Of a DNA stretch of 64,000 nucleotides, positions 41,743-51,793 are shown in pieces. The translations under genes were made by a program, and so were the position numbers. The DNA lies in assembly GCA_965248445.1 (NCBI GenBank), contig CBDFJG010000003.1:1280001-1344000 (forward strand), given 5' to 3'. Source of the DNA: Planctomycetota bacterium. GTDB lineage: Bacteria; Planctomycetota; JAJSAM01; JAJVHW01. Below the pieces are notes generated by a model that was not told where the DNA came from, did no database searches, and saw nothing but the letters and a program-made list of their open reading frames with translations. Each line of letters starts with the position of its first letter. Position 1 is the first letter of the stretch.

Positions 41743-43479
41743 GTGACCGAGCGCGCACCGCCGCCGCCCCCGGAGGACAGCCAGCACGGTGACAGCCAAC
41801 CCGGCGACGACCCGCCGTCGGAGGAGGTCACCACCGCGGAGTCGCGGCCCGGCGAAGCGGCATCGGATCAGCCGGCACCGGAGTCCCCGGACACACCGAC
41901 GGCACCTGACACACCGACGGGACGAGCCCGCGCGTGGTTGAGGGCCCGGCACGAGGTGCTCTGGCTGTTCCTGCTCGCGCTGGCCGTCCGCGCGCTCGCC
42001 GCCGCGTTCTCGCAGACCCTCCCGCGGGACGCCGTCGGCCTCTTGGATGCCGCACGGGCGATCGCGTCGCGGGGAGCCGCGGCGATCTTCGAGCTGCCGC
42101 TGCACCCGCTGTCCCCAGCGGCGATCGCGGCGGCCGGCACGTGGGTGGACGAAGAGATGGCCGCGACAGCTCTGGCCGTCGTCTGCGGCGCCCTCGCCGT
42201 GTGGCCACTGCACGCGCTGGCACGGCGGGCCGTCGGACGCCACGCCGCGGGAGCTGCCTGCTTGCTCTACGTCGCTCTGCCCAAGGCGGTCCAGCTCAGT
42301 GCCGTGCCGATGACCGAGGCGTTGCTGCTTCCGGCGTTCCTGTCGTCGCTGGCGTTCGCTGCGTGGGCCTGCCAGGGCACGACGCGCGGCGCCCGGCGGG
42401 CTAGTGCGGCCGGTCTCTTGGCGGCAGTCGCGTACCTCATCCGGCCGGAAGGCCTGATCGCCGCCGCGGTGGCCGGGACCGCTCTCCTACTCGCCCGCGG
42501 CCGCCGCGTGCGTCGGGTGGTCGCTTTCACGCTCGTGTTCCTGCTGGTAGCGGCTCCCTACGCCGTCGGTCTGTCCCGCGACCGGGGACGTCTGACGCTC
42601 AGCCCGAAGAAGGACGTCGCACGCTTCGTCGGTGTGGACGGCACGCGTCCGACGCGTGCCGCGGTTCCCGTCCCCTCCGACGCGCGACTGGCGACCACAG
42701 CGGCTGAAGCGATCGGCGGGACGGCGTCCGCACTCGAGGGCGCGCTCACGCTGCCCGTGCTGCTGCTCGCGCTGGCGGGGCTGCTCACGCCGCGGGGTTG
42801 GCGGCGGCGGCACTCCCGGCTGGGCCGTGCGTTCACCGCGGGTACGGCACTGGTCCTCGTCGCCCTCGTCGTGCGACTGCAATTCGGGTGGGGCTACGGC
42901 GGAGGGCGGCACCTGATCACCGCGGGCGTGCTGCTGCTGCCATACGCAGGCGCCGGGTTGTTCGTCCTCGCCCGGATGTTCCCGCGCGTGCGCTCCCGCC
43001 GCCGCTTCGCGTTGTTCGTCGCACTGATCATCGCGATCCCGCTCGCAGCGCGTGCGGTCCTCCGCTCACCAGGGCAGGGCGGTCTCTCGGTGGAGCGCCT
43101 CGGAGCGGAAGTGGCGCGCGCGTCGCAGGGCGACCGCGAACTCGTCGTCGCCAGTGTGGCCGAACCCCGCGTTGCGTACTACGCGCGACAACACACGGCG
43201 CTCGGCGTCACCGTCAGCGACCTCCCGCTGTTCGGACCCTATGTGGACCCGCTCGAACGGGGCGCGCCGCTCAAGGTCGTGAGCGAGCAGCTCAGCAACG
43301 CGCTCGTCGAACGTCGCGCGGACTGGATCGTGCTCGATCTCTGGCGCACGCGCCGCGGCGAGAACGGTCCGGAGCATCCGCACCGCGCGCTCTACGAAGA
43401 ACTCCTCCAGCGCGGCCGGATCGAGCGGCGTGCGCTGCCCTCGGGCACCGGCCTCGCCGCGTACCGCGTCCTGCGCTAA
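41743..43479 (+). CDS. GT-C (PMT/ArnT-like) multi-pass membrane glycosyltransferase
   Basis: About 11 TMs, acidic motif after TM1 ('RDA'), 'HPL', 'TEAL', 'YLIRPEG', 'RHL'. Confidence 0.7.
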   Translation: MTERAPPPPPEDSQHGDSQPGDDPPSEEVTTAESRPGEAASDQPAPESPDTPTAPDTPTGRARAWLRARHEVLWLFLLALAVRALAAAFSQTLPRDAVGLLDAARAIASRGAAAIFELPLHPLSPAAIAAAGTWVDEEMAATALAVVCGALAVWPLHALARRAVGRHAAGAACLLYVALPKAVQLSAVPMTEALLLPAFLSSLAFAAWACQGTTRGARRASAAGLLAAVAYLIRPEGLIAAAVAGTALLLARGRRVRRVVAFTLVFLLVAAPYAVGLSRDRGRLTLSPKKDVARFVGVDGTRPTRAAVPVPSDARLATTAAEAIGGTASALEGALTLPVLLLALAGLLTPRGWRRRHSRLGRAFTAGTALVLVALVVRLQFGWGYGGGRHLITAGVLLLPYAGAGLFVLARMFPRVRSRRRFALFVALIIAIPLAARAVLRSPGQGGLSVERLGAEVARASQGDRELVVASVAEPRVAYYARQHTALGVTVSDLPLFGPYVDPLERGAPLKVVSEQLSNALVERRADWIVLDLWRTRRGENGPEHPHRALYEELLQRGRIERRALPSGTGLAAYRVLR

Positions 43480-43622
43480 CGCAGCCGCTGAGGATTCGGT
43501 CGCGCCCGGGGTGGTATCGTGCCGAACGGCTGACGACGCCGCGGAGGGGGTCCGCTGCGGGAACCGCGGCCGAGCGGTGTTCAGGCAGGCGACGGGATGC
43601 CTGCACAAAGGAGGGACACACC

Positions 43623-44468
43623 ATGACGTTCGACGTCAGAGGTCCGCGGACCGCACGCCGCGGTGGATTCACACTGATCGAGTTGCTGGTCGTGATCGCG
43701 ATCATCGCGATCCTGATCGGACTGCTCTTGCCGGCCGTGCAGAAGGTGCGCGAGGCGGCCAGCCGCGCGGAGAGCACGAACAACCTCAAGCAACTCGCGA
43801 TTGCGGTACAGGGCTACGCGGATCAGAACTCGGGTCAGATCCCGACGGACCTGATCCAGGTCCGTCTGCCGACACCGTTCATCGTCGGTCCGGACGAGAC
43901 GTACCACGCCACCGGATACAGCTACAAGCTGGTGCCGACGACGGGCGGACCCAGCAGCGGCGACAACTGGATCGCCGTGGGCACGCCGACCTCCCAGAAG
44001 TCAGGCGCGTTCCTGCTGTCCATCGACCCGAACGGGCGCGTTCGCAGCAAGGGGCTGCGCGACAACAAGCGCGCGATCAAGAACGAGCTCAAGGGGATCC
44101 GCAAGACCGGCGAGCAGGGCATCGACCCGCTCTTGCTCTCGCCTCCGGTGACGCGGACCGCGAAGGCCGGGGCTGCCGGACGCAAGGAAGTCCGGACGCA
44201 GCTGAAGTCACTGGCAGCCCGTCGGGGCGTGTTCGACCACCTCGACATGAACCAGGACACGTACGTCTCGCTCCGGGAGCTCATGGACTTCGCCAATCCG
44301 GACGTGGCTCGGATGGTGACGATCGACGTGTCGCTCGCGCGGATGTTCGTTCAGACCGCGATCCAGCAGATGGAGTTCGGCGCCGGTTTCGAGGACGTCG
44401 ACGCGATCGGCGTGGACATCGACGGCAAACCGATGCCGCAGCGTCCGGGGCTGCCGGACGACCGGTAG
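43623..44468 (+). CDS. prepilin-type N-terminal cleavage/methylation protein (DUF1559-like N-terminus) with an EF-hand-like loop
   Basis: AAAGGAGG RBS; '[35 protein letters not shown]...NNLKQLAIA'; '[12 protein letters not shown]'. Confidence 0.88.
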   Translation: MTFDVRGPRTARRGGFTLIELLVVIAIIAILIGLLLPAVQKVREAASRAESTNNLKQLAIAVQGYADQNSGQIPTDLIQVRLPTPFIVGPDETYHATGYSYKLVPTTGGPSSGDNWIAVGTPTSQKSGAFLLSIDPNGRVRSKGLRDNKRAIKNELKGIRKTGEQGIDPLLLSPPVTRTAKAGAAGRKEVRTQLKSLAARRGVFDHLDMNQDTYVSLRELMDFANPDVARMVTIDVSLARMFVQTAIQQMEFGAGFEDVDAIGVDIDGKPMPQRPGLPDDR

Positions 44469-44489
44469 GCGGATCAGACCGTTCGCTGA

Positions 44490-45866
44490 CTAGCGGTCCA
44501 GCCGCGAGCGGATGGCGCGCATGGTGCCGACGACCTCATCGATGGTGGGGTCGTCGCTGTGCGTCGTCTTGATGAAGCGGTCGTAGTGGGCGTACGCCTT
44601 CTTCAGATCCCGGTGCGTGGGCTCGCTCTGATAGAAGCGGCCAAGCGACAGATGCGCGGGGGCGTAGTCGGGCTCCTCCACGACGATGCGCTCGAGGATC
44701 GCCAGTTCCTTCTGCGGCGCGCGCTCCGGACGCTCGGCCAGCAGCACGACCAGGTTGTGAGCCGCCTCGACGTTCTCGGAGTCCAGATCCGCCGCGCGCT
44801 CAAAGCTCGCCACGGCCTCCGTGAGCATGCCCTGCGCGGCCTGCGCGCAACCGAGGTTGTAGTGACCTAGTGACGAGTCCGGCGCGAGCTTGACCTCGCT
44901 CTCGAACGCGGCGCGCGCTTCGTCGTAGCGCTCGCCGCGGTACAGCACGAGACCCAGGTTGTCATATGCCTTGGCCATCTCCGGCTCCTTGGCGAGACAC
45001 GCGCGCAGCACACGCTCCGCGGCGCGATCACTCTCGGTCAGGAAATACAGGACGCCCAGGTTGTTGAGCGTCTCGGCGTGATTCGGACGCATCGCATCGG
45101 CGTTCTGCAGGCACTCGAGGGCGCGCTCAATGTCACCCTTCCTGTAGGAGAAGATGCCCAGGTTGAACCACACCTCGGCCGTCGCACGGCCGGCGCCGAT
45201 CAGTTGCTTGAGCTTCACCTCGGCGACGGAGGCCCTGTTGCCCTCGAAGTCCATCACGGCGTTGTTCACGAGGGGCGACACGTAGGTCGGGTCGAGTTCT
45301 GCGGCCTGGGCCCAGTGGCGGGCCGCGACGTCGCGGCGGCCGATCTCGTAGTACCAAGCGCCGAGGTTGTTATGCGGCGCCGCGTACTTGGGGTCGAGCT
45401 CGATTGCCTTCTCGAACGACTGCGAGGCCTGCTCGCCTTCACCCAGCTTGTCGAGGGTAACTCCGCGGTTGTTGTGGGCGGGTGCGTACGAGGGGTTCAG
45501 CGTGACGGACCGATCGTAGGCAGCCAGCGCGCGGTCGTACTGGGCCATCTCGTCGAGAGAGGCGCCGAGGTTGTTCCAGGCCCGCGCATCGTTCGGCCGC
45601 AGCTTCACGACGTCCTCGTAGGCCGCCGCCGCTTTCTCGTGCTCGTTGCGCTCGGCCTCGGCCCACGCGACGCAGAAGCGCGCATCGGCGTGCCAGGGAT
45701 CGCCCTGGGGCACCATCTCGGCCGCGGCGATCGCCGCATCGAGGTCGCCCGACTTGGCCGCCTCGAGAGCGCGGTCAAGGTGGTTGCGAGCGTCGGCAGC
45801 AGCAGGGATCGCCAGGGCGAGCGTGAGCGCGCCGGCGAGCACTGAAAAGCGGGTGCGATGGGACAT
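44490..45866 (-). CDS. secreted tetratricopeptide repeat protein
   Basis: Signal peptide; about 10 TPR units ('AWNNLG', 'AHNNRG', 'PHNNLG', 'VWFNLG', 'TLNNLG', 'AYDNLG', 'GHYNLG'); GGAGG RBS. Confidence 0.9.
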   Translation of the reverse strand: MSHRTRFSVLAGALTLALAIPAAADARNHLDRALEAAKSGDLDAAIAAAEMVPQGDPWHADARFCVAWAEAERNEHEKAAAAYEDVVKLRPNDARAWNNLGASLDEMAQYDRALAAYDRSVTLNPSYAPAHNNRGVTLDKLGEGEQASQSFEKAIELDPKYAAPHNNLGAWYYEIGRRDVAARHWAQAAELDPTYVSPLVNNAVMDFEGNRASVAEVKLKQLIGAGRATAEVWFNLGIFSYRKGDIERALECLQNADAMRPNHAETLNNLGVLYFLTESDRAAERVLRACLAKEPEMAKAYDNLGLVLYRGERYDEARAAFESEVKLAPDSSLGHYNLGCAQAAQGMLTEAVASFERAADLDSENVEAAHNLVVLLAERPERAPQKELAILERIVVEEPDYAPAHLSLGRFYQSEPTHRDLKKAYAHYDRFIKTTHSDDPTIDEVVGTMRAIRSRLDR

Positions 45867-45988
45867 CAGGACCTCCGATCAATGCCAGCAGGGAAGGCAG
45901 CGCCACGGACGGAGCCTTCCCATCATCGTCATCGGCCGTGACCAGGCTCCCGCTGGACCCCGTTCCACACGCCCGCTCACGAGGCGAA

Positions 45989-46987
45989 TCAGGCCCAGTC
46001 GGTGTGGGCCGCGCGGTTCCGGACGAACCACCCGTGCAGGAGCTGCCGGTAGGTGTGCGGCGGATGCCCGATCCCGTCCCAGAACGGTCGGAGCAGGCGG
46101 TTCAGCCGCGGCAGGTTGTAGAGGGGCACGGACGGGAAGTAGTGATGCTCGAGATGGAGGTTCGAATTGAGGAACAAGAGGTTCACCAGGAGGCCGCCGT
46201 CCATGCGGGTCCCCCACTTGGCAGGGTTGGCCGGATCCACCCAGTAGTGCTGCCCGAGCCGGTTGACCATGAAGGCGACCGGGAACGCCAGGAACAGCGG
46301 CACGAGCCACACCCGAATCACCACGTCGCCGCCGAGCTGCGTCCAGAGCAGCGCCACGAGGGCGCCGTGCAGCAGGACGTTCGTAAGACGCTCGAGCGCG
46401 ATCGTGCGGCGGAGCGCGGGCGGGTAGGTCTTGGCCTCGGTCCCAGCCGCGCGTGCGTAGATCAGGAACAGCACCGGCGTCATGTAGAGCGCCTTCAGCC
46501 AGCGCGCGTTCCGCTTCGGCGAGAGGTGCGCGCGCTTGGGGTCCCTGTCGGTTGAGCCCAGTTCCTTGTGATGGTCCAGGTGCCAGCGGGAGAACTGCGT
46601 GGCGGCGATGGCGCTGGGCAGCGCATAAAGCCGGGCCAGCCACCGCTCCGCCACCGGCCGGCGGCGGCTGAACACGCAGCCGTGGATCACGTCGTGGAGC
46701 AGGATGATGAACGAGAGGACGACGAACCCCTGGAACACCGCTGCGGGCACCCAGATCCACGGCTCGGTGAAGCTGAAACCGGCCCAGCCCAGCGCACCCA
46801 GCAACACTGCCTGCCGCGCAGCGATCAGCGCGTGCCGGGCGGCGCTCCGGTGGTGGAGATCGCGCAGGGCGTCGTGGTCGAGCGCCCCGCGCAGACGGTG
46901 GGCCAGGTCGCCGCGATGGGCGTGGAAGTAGCCGCGTGAGGGGGCGCCGGCAACCGGCGGTTCGGGAGGAGCCTCAGCGGCCGTCAT
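45989..46987 (-). CDS. membrane fatty acid desaturase family protein
   Basis: Three His boxes HDVIH, HLDHH, HLEHH plus TM segments and 'PSVPLYNLP'. Confidence 0.9.
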   Translation of the reverse strand: MTAAEAPPEPPVAGAPSRGYFHAHRGDLAHRLRGALDHDALRDLHHRSAARHALIAARQAVLLGALGWAGFSFTEPWIWVPAAVFQGFVVLSFIILLHDVIHGCVFSRRRPVAERWLARLYALPSAIAATQFSRWHLDHHKELGSTDRDPKRAHLSPKRNARWLKALYMTPVLFLIYARAAGTEAKTYPPALRRTIALERLTNVLLHGALVALLWTQLGGDVVIRVWLVPLFLAFPVAFMVNRLGQHYWVDPANPAKWGTRMDGGLLVNLLFLNSNLHLEHHYFPSVPLYNLPRLNRLLRPFWDGIGHPPHTYRQLLHGWFVRNRAAHTDWA

Positions 46988-47004
46988 CGCGCTCAGTCTA
47001 CTGA

Positions 47005-47286
47005 GCGCGTTTCAGAGTTGGCGGCGAACCACGATCGTCCGAGGCCGAAGCGCCGCAACGAGGGCCGACGAGGAGGGTCCGTAGACCCGCCCAGGAGGCA
47101 CGAGGCAGTGCCGCGAGCCCTGGGACGACCTGCCAAGGACGCAGCGGAAGGCTGCGTCCCGCGCGGCGACGACGGCCGGAGTCGAAGCGCGCCGGAGTGC
47201 GTGCACGTCAGCGTACGGCGCGCCGGCGCCGCGATGCGGGAGGCTGACGGCGCCATGTCGTGGTCGCCGCCAACTCTGAATCGCGC
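47005..47286. mobile_element. MITE-like non-coding element with ~24-30 bp terminal inverted repeats
   Basis: TTCAGAGTTGGCGGCGAACCACGA (47011-34) versus TCGTGGTCGCCGCCAACTCTGAA (47258-80): 17 bp perfect, a 1-nt bulge, then 6 bp; extends outward by 5 bp after one mismatch; internal palindromes; no clear target-site duplication. Confidence 0.55.
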
Positions 47287-47338
47287 GGTGACTGCCCGGG
47301 TCACGTTTCGACTCCCCGAAGGGGTATCCTCGCCCTCC

Positions 47339-47980
47339 ATGACGCCGCTCGGCGCCGCCGCCCTCGCGCTCTTCGGGTCCTACCTGATCGGATCCCTGCC
47401 GTTCGGGCTGATCCTCGCGCGCATCGTGGCCGGCGTAGATCCGCGTCGCGCCGGCAGCGGCAACGTGGGGGCGACCAACGTCGCCCGTCTCGCGGGCAAG
47501 AAGTGGTTCCCCGTCGTGTTCCTGCTCGACGCCGCGAAGGGGTTCATCCCCCCCATCTTCATCGCGGGTCTGGCTCCGGTCGGCGAGGGCTGGGCGGACA
47601 TCCTGGCGGTCGGCTGCGCCGGGGCCGCGGTCCTCGGACACATCTACAGCGTGTTCCTGGTGTTCAGCGGCGGAAAGGGCGTGGCAACCGCATGCGGTTC
47701 GCTCGCCGCGCTGGCGCCGAAACCGCTGCTCGGTGCGCTCGGCGTGTTCGTGCTGGTGCTGCTGTTCTCCCGCTGGGTCAGCCTCGCCTCGATGCTGGCC
47801 GCACTGGCGCTGCCGGCGATTGCGTGGTGGCTGGAGGCGCCGACGGAGATCATCGCCCTCTCGATGGCGCTGGCCATCGTGATCGTGGTCCGCCATCGCA
47901 GCAATGCAGTGCGGATCATCCGCGGAAACGAGCCGCGGGTGGATGCCCCGACGGAGACCGAGGAACCGACGCATGTCTGA
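47339..47980 (+). CDS. plsY: glycerol-3-phosphate acyltransferase PlsY
   Basis: 'YLIGSLPFG', 'GSGNVGATN', 'DAAKG', 'GH...GGKGVAT', 'RHRSN'. Confidence 0.95.
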   Translation: MTPLGAAALALFGSYLIGSLPFGLILARIVAGVDPRRAGSGNVGATNVARLAGKKWFPVVFLLDAAKGFIPPIFIAGLAPVGEGWADILAVGCAGAAVLGHIYSVFLVFSGGKGVATACGSLAALAPKPLLGALGVFVLVLLFSRWVSLASMLAALALPAIAWWLEAPTEIIALSMALAIVIVVRHRSNAVRIIRGNEPRVDAPTETEEPTHV

Positions 47981-48980
47981 CGCCTTCAAGACGGTCGGTG
48001 TGCTCGGCAACGGCGGCTGGGGCACGGCGCTCGCGATCGTGAGTCTCCGCAACGGCGCAGAGACGCGGCAGTGGGGAATCGAGGACGAGTACGTCGCGGA
48101 GTGCGCGAAGAAACGCACCAATCCGCGCTACCTCGCCGGCGTGGAACTGCCTGACGAGCTGTTGCTCACGAGCAACTCCGAAGAAGCGTTCCAGGGGATC
48201 GACCTGCTCGTGAGCGTGGTGCCGACGCAGTACCTCGCGGCGACCCTCGACCTGGTGCTCGAGCACGTTCCCGCAGGCGTGCCGGTCCTCTCGTGCAGCA
48301 AGGGCATCGAACGCAGGACGCAGCGGCGCCCCACCGAGGTGCTGGCGACCGCGCTTCCGCGCCATCCGCTCGGCGTCCTCTCCGGACCCAACCACGCCGA
48401 GGAGGTGGCGATCGGCCGCCCGGCGACGGCCGTTGTCGCGAGCAAGGACGCCGACATGGCGCAGAGCGCGCAACGGCTGTTCTCCGATCCGCGCTTCCGC
48501 CTCTACGCCACGGATGACGTTCTGGGTGTGGAACTCGCGGCCGCGGTGAAGAACGTCATCGCGCTCGCCGCGGGAATGGTGGACGGCCTCGAACTCGGCG
48601 ACAACGCGAAGGCCGCGCTCATCACACGCGGCGCCGCCGAGATGTCGCGCCTCGGCGTCGCGCTGGGCGCACGCCAGGAGACGTTCTCGGGACTCGCGGG
48701 CATCGGCGACCTGATCGCGACGTGCGTGTCGCCCCACGGCCGCAACCGCGGCGTCGGCGAACGCCTGGGTCGCGGCGAGTCGCTCGACGACATCCTCGCG
48801 TCGATGGTGCAGGTCGTCGAGGGCATCGCAACAACGCGCGGCGTCATCGAACTCGCGCACGCGCACGACGTCGAACTTCCGATCTGCCAGGCGGTGCAGC
48901 GCATCCTTTACGACGGTCTGTCCCCCGCCGGCGCGCTCGACGAGTTGATGACCCGCGAACTGCGGGATGAACGCGAGTAG
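47973..48980 (+). CDS. gpsA: NAD(P)H-dependent glycerol-3-phosphate dehydrogenase
   Basis: 'GNGGWGTALA', 'CSKG', 'SGPNHAEE', 'KNVIA', 'GLAGIGDL', 'RNR', 'EG'. Confidence 0.96.
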   Translation: MSDAFKTVGVLGNGGWGTALAIVSLRNGAETRQWGIEDEYVAECAKKRTNPRYLAGVELPDELLLTSNSEEAFQGIDLLVSVVPTQYLAATLDLVLEHVPAGVPVLSCSKGIERRTQRRPTEVLATALPRHPLGVLSGPNHAEEVAIGRPATAVVASKDADMAQSAQRLFSDPRFRLYATDDVLGVELAAAVKNVIALAAGMVDGLELGDNAKAALITRGAAEMSRLGVALGARQETFSGLAGIGDLIATCVSPHGRNRGVGERLGRGESLDDILASMVQVVEGIATTRGVIELAHAHDVELPICQAVQRILYDGLSPAGALDELMTRELRDERE

Positions 48981-49374
48981 CCCCCCACCGCCGACCCGTC
49001 CACGCCGCTGGTGGCACGGGTTGCGGTGGATCACGGTGATCGTCCTGGTACCCGCTGTTCCGCTGCTGATCGCTGCTCCGCAGGCGACGGCAACGATCAC
49101 CATCGGCGCGAGCATTGTGGTGACGCCGGTGGGACAGGAAGTCCCGGGGGAGCCCGTCTACGAGACCGTCGAGGCGCGAACCGAGCTGCGGCGACGGGAC
49201 GGACTCGAGGTCTGGTTCCCCGCGCTACCGCCCTCCCGCGTCTGGCACGCTCCGCAGTGGTGGTCAGGGGAGTGCATGTTTCGCGACTGCTCCCGCTCTC
49301 CCAGGCACAAACGCGGTCGCGACGGCGACGCCGATCTGACGGACCGTTTGGCCCAGTGGCTCCGTCGGAGATGA
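48967..49374 (+). CDS. hypothetical membrane protein
   Basis: Overlaps the gpsA stop and fills the gap to the next gene; one hydrophobic segment. Confidence 0.45.
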   Translation: MNASSPPPPTRPRRWWHGLRWITVIVLVPAVPLLIAAPQATATITIGASIVVTPVGQEVPGEPVYETVEARTELRRRDGLEVWFPALPPSRVWHAPQWWSGECMFRDCSRSPRHKRGRDGDADLTDRLAQWLRRR

Positions 49375-49381
49375 TGTGCAG

Positions 49382-51784
49382 ATGAAGCAGAGCCTCCGCC
49401 TCACCCTCGCGCTCGTCCTTGCAAGCCTCCTGGTCGGCGTCCCGGACGCGGCCCATGGCGACATGAAGGAGCTCGGCAAGAAGCTCAAGAGCAAGGACGT
49501 GTCCGAGCGCCTCGAGGCGGTCGCCGACCTCAGGTCCGAGAAGGGTGAAGAGGTCACGAAGCTCCTGATCAGCGCCCTCGACGACAGGGACTGGGAGGTC
49601 ATGGAGGAAGCCGTCACGGCGCTCGGCGAGGTCGGTGGCGACGACGCGCCGGACGCCCTGGCGAAGATGGCGCTGACCGGTCCGGTGCGCCGGGTGCGCA
49701 TCGCCGCTGCGAGGGCGCTCGTCAAGACCGAGCCGTTCATCGGAGCGGAGGCGCTCTCGAAGAAGGTGTCGGGCAAGAACGCGGAGCGGGCGTGCGAGGC
49801 GCTCGCCATCATCGCGCTGGGCGCGCCGGACGCACGCGACGGCGCCGCACCGGGCATCCGCCGCGGGCTCAAGAACGCCGCGAGCGAGGTCAAACGCTCG
49901 GCCGCCCGCGGGCTGATCGCGCTGCCGTCCGACGAGCGGTCGGAAGCGCTGACGAAGCTGCTCGGCGACGAGGACGTAGCGGTCGTGACAGCAGTGATCG
50001 ACGGCGTGCGTGCCGCACCGGACATCGAGCACATCCAGCCGCTCATCGCGGCGATGCAGGAGAAGGACGTGCTCGACATCGTGGAGCGCCGGCTGCGGGC
50101 CGCGCTGCGCGACATGGTGGCGACTCAGGACACCGTCGAGATGGCGACCGAAGCCGCCGGGCCCGTCGCTGACGCACTCGGCTGGGCCGCCACACCGGAA
50201 GCCGCGGCGCGACTGACGCGCACAATCGGCTGGATCGCCCGCGATCCGGTGCAGGAGGGCATGACCGGCGAACTTCTCGAAGAGGCGAAGAAGCGGGAGC
50301 GTCTGGTGGATCCGCAGTGGGCGGTGGACGTTCTCGCGAGGGTGCTCGAGCACGACGACCCGGCGCCCCGCTCCGCTGCCGCCCACGCGCTGGCAGGGAT
50401 CCGCACCGACGCGGCACTGGACCTCGCAGCCGCGACGGCAACGGCGGATCAGGACCCCCGCGTGCGTCTGCACGCACTCCGCGCGGTGACCAAGAACCGC
50501 GGCGTGCTGCACGACGGCACCCGCACGCTGGCGTCCTCGCGCCTCGAGTACGACGACAGCGCGCGCGTCCGCGAGCACGCGGCCGTCGCCCTCGGCACGA
50601 AGGGCGCCCCCGGTGTCGTTCCGATCCTCGAGAAGGCACTCAAGGACTCGGACTGGTCGGTGCGCGTCTGCGCCGCCGTCTCCCTCGGCAAGACGCAGGA
50701 TCCGGACGCACTGGCACCCCTCACGGTCTGGCTCGAGAAGGAGAAGGACTGGCGGCACCGCGGTGCGGCGGTCATCGGTCTCGGACATCTGCAGATGCGC
50801 GAGGCCGTGCAGCACATCATCGCGTCGCTGGGACTCAAGGACACGGCGATCGCGCGCAGCGCTTACGAGATCCTGCGCCGTCTGACCGAGAAGGAGATCC
50901 CGCCGAGGGTGCCCGCGTGGCGCGACTGGTGGGAGGCCAACGGCAAGGACTACGAGTTCCTGGATCTCGAAGAGGAAGCGCGGAAGGCCAAAAAGTTCGG
51001 CTACGCGCCGGACCGGCGCGGCGTGTACGAGGGTCAGGACATCATCGTCCTGCAGAGCCGCGGCGACCACATCGAGCAATTGCTCGAGCGCATCGACATC
51101 GAGCACCGGCTGTCCCGCGCGGGCAGCGTCGAGAAGTCGGAACTGCACCCGTACGCCGTGTTCGTGTCCAACTGCACGGGCGAGATCACCTCCGAGGACG
51201 TCGAACGGTTGGCGTGGTTCGTACGCGTCGGCGGCTATCTGTTCTGCTCGTGCTGGGCGCTGAAGCACACGGCAGAGCTGGTTTACCCCGGCATGGTGCA
51301 GAAATTCGCGACCAAGGGCGGCCAGGTGCTCGACAACGTGTATTCGGAAGAGTGCCCCACCGACAGCCCGTACATCGATGGCGTGTTCGACGGCGTCACC
51401 CGCCCGATTTACGTGCTCTACGGTGCGCACCTGATCGAAGTACTCGATCCCGAGGGCGTCGAGGTGCTCATCGACAGCCCCGACTGCGCGACGCGCTGGG
51501 GCGGCGGCAACCTGGCGGCGTGGTTCGACGCGGGCCACGGCACGATCCTCGACTCCGCCAACCACTTCGACCTGCAGGGACTCGAGAAGGCGATGGGCGT
51601 CAAGGGCATCGAAGGCCGCAAGGCGTACGCCATGGACCACATGGGTCTCAGCTACGACGACGTGCGCGCGATCCCGGACAAGGTCTGGAAGAGCGGCACC
51701 AAGGCGAACAAGGAGGCCCGCGACATGTCGGCCTTCCGCCTCATCACCAACTTCGTGCGCCAGAAGCGGCGCGAGAATCGATAG
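49382..51784 (+). CDS. secreted HEAT-repeat protein with C-terminal class-I glutamine amidotransferase-like domain
   Basis: Signal peptide; HEAT/PBS repeats ('ALDDRDWEV', 'DSDWSVRVCAAVSLG'); C-terminal 'DHIEQLL...FVSNC...FVRVGGYLFCSCWAL...GHGTILDSANHF'. Confidence 0.75.
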   Translation: MKQSLRLTLALVLASLLVGVPDAAHGDMKELGKKLKSKDVSERLEAVADLRSEKGEEVTKLLISALDDRDWEVMEEAVTALGEVGGDDAPDALAKMALTGPVRRVRIAAARALVKTEPFIGAEALSKKVSGKNAERACEALAIIALGAPDARDGAAPGIRRGLKNAASEVKRSAARGLIALPSDERSEALTKLLGDEDVAVVTAVIDGVRAAPDIEHIQPLIAAMQEKDVLDIVERRLRAALRDMVATQDTVEMATEAAGPVADALGWAATPEAAARLTRTIGWIARDPVQEGMTGELLEEAKKRERLVDPQWAVDVLARVLEHDDPAPRSAAAHALAGIRTDAALDLAAATATADQDPRVRLHALRAVTKNRGVLHDGTRTLASSRLEYDDSARVREHAAVALGTKGAPGVVPILEKALKDSDWSVRVCAAVSLGKTQDPDALAPLTVWLEKEKDWRHRGAAVIGLGHLQMREAVQHIIASLGLKDTAIARSAYEILRRLTEKEIPPRVPAWRDWWEANGKDYEFLDLEEEARKAKKFGYAPDRRGVYEGQDIIVLQSRGDHIEQLLERIDIEHRLSRAGSVEKSELHPYAVFVSNCTGEITSEDVERLAWFVRVGGYLFCSCWALKHTAELVYPGMVQKFATKGGQVLDNVYSEECPTDSPYIDGVFDGVTRPIYVLYGAHLIEVLDPEGVEVLIDSPDCATRWGGGNLAAWFDAGHGTILDSANHFDLQGLEKAMGVKGIEGRKAYAMDHMGLSYDDVRAIPDKVWKSGTKANKEARDMSAFRLITNFVRQKRRENR

Positions 51785-51793
51785 GACCCCCTC

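Noticed and set aside
43480..43622. Possible c-di-AMP or c-di-GMP riboswitch before the pilin-like gene
   Set aside because: Structured, but I could not find the conserved ydaO or GEMM sequence elements; kept only as a generic structured leader.
47018..47338. 107-aa N-terminal extension of PlsY in the ORF track
   Set aside because: Runs through the inverted-repeat element; PlsY similarity begins at ATG 47339.
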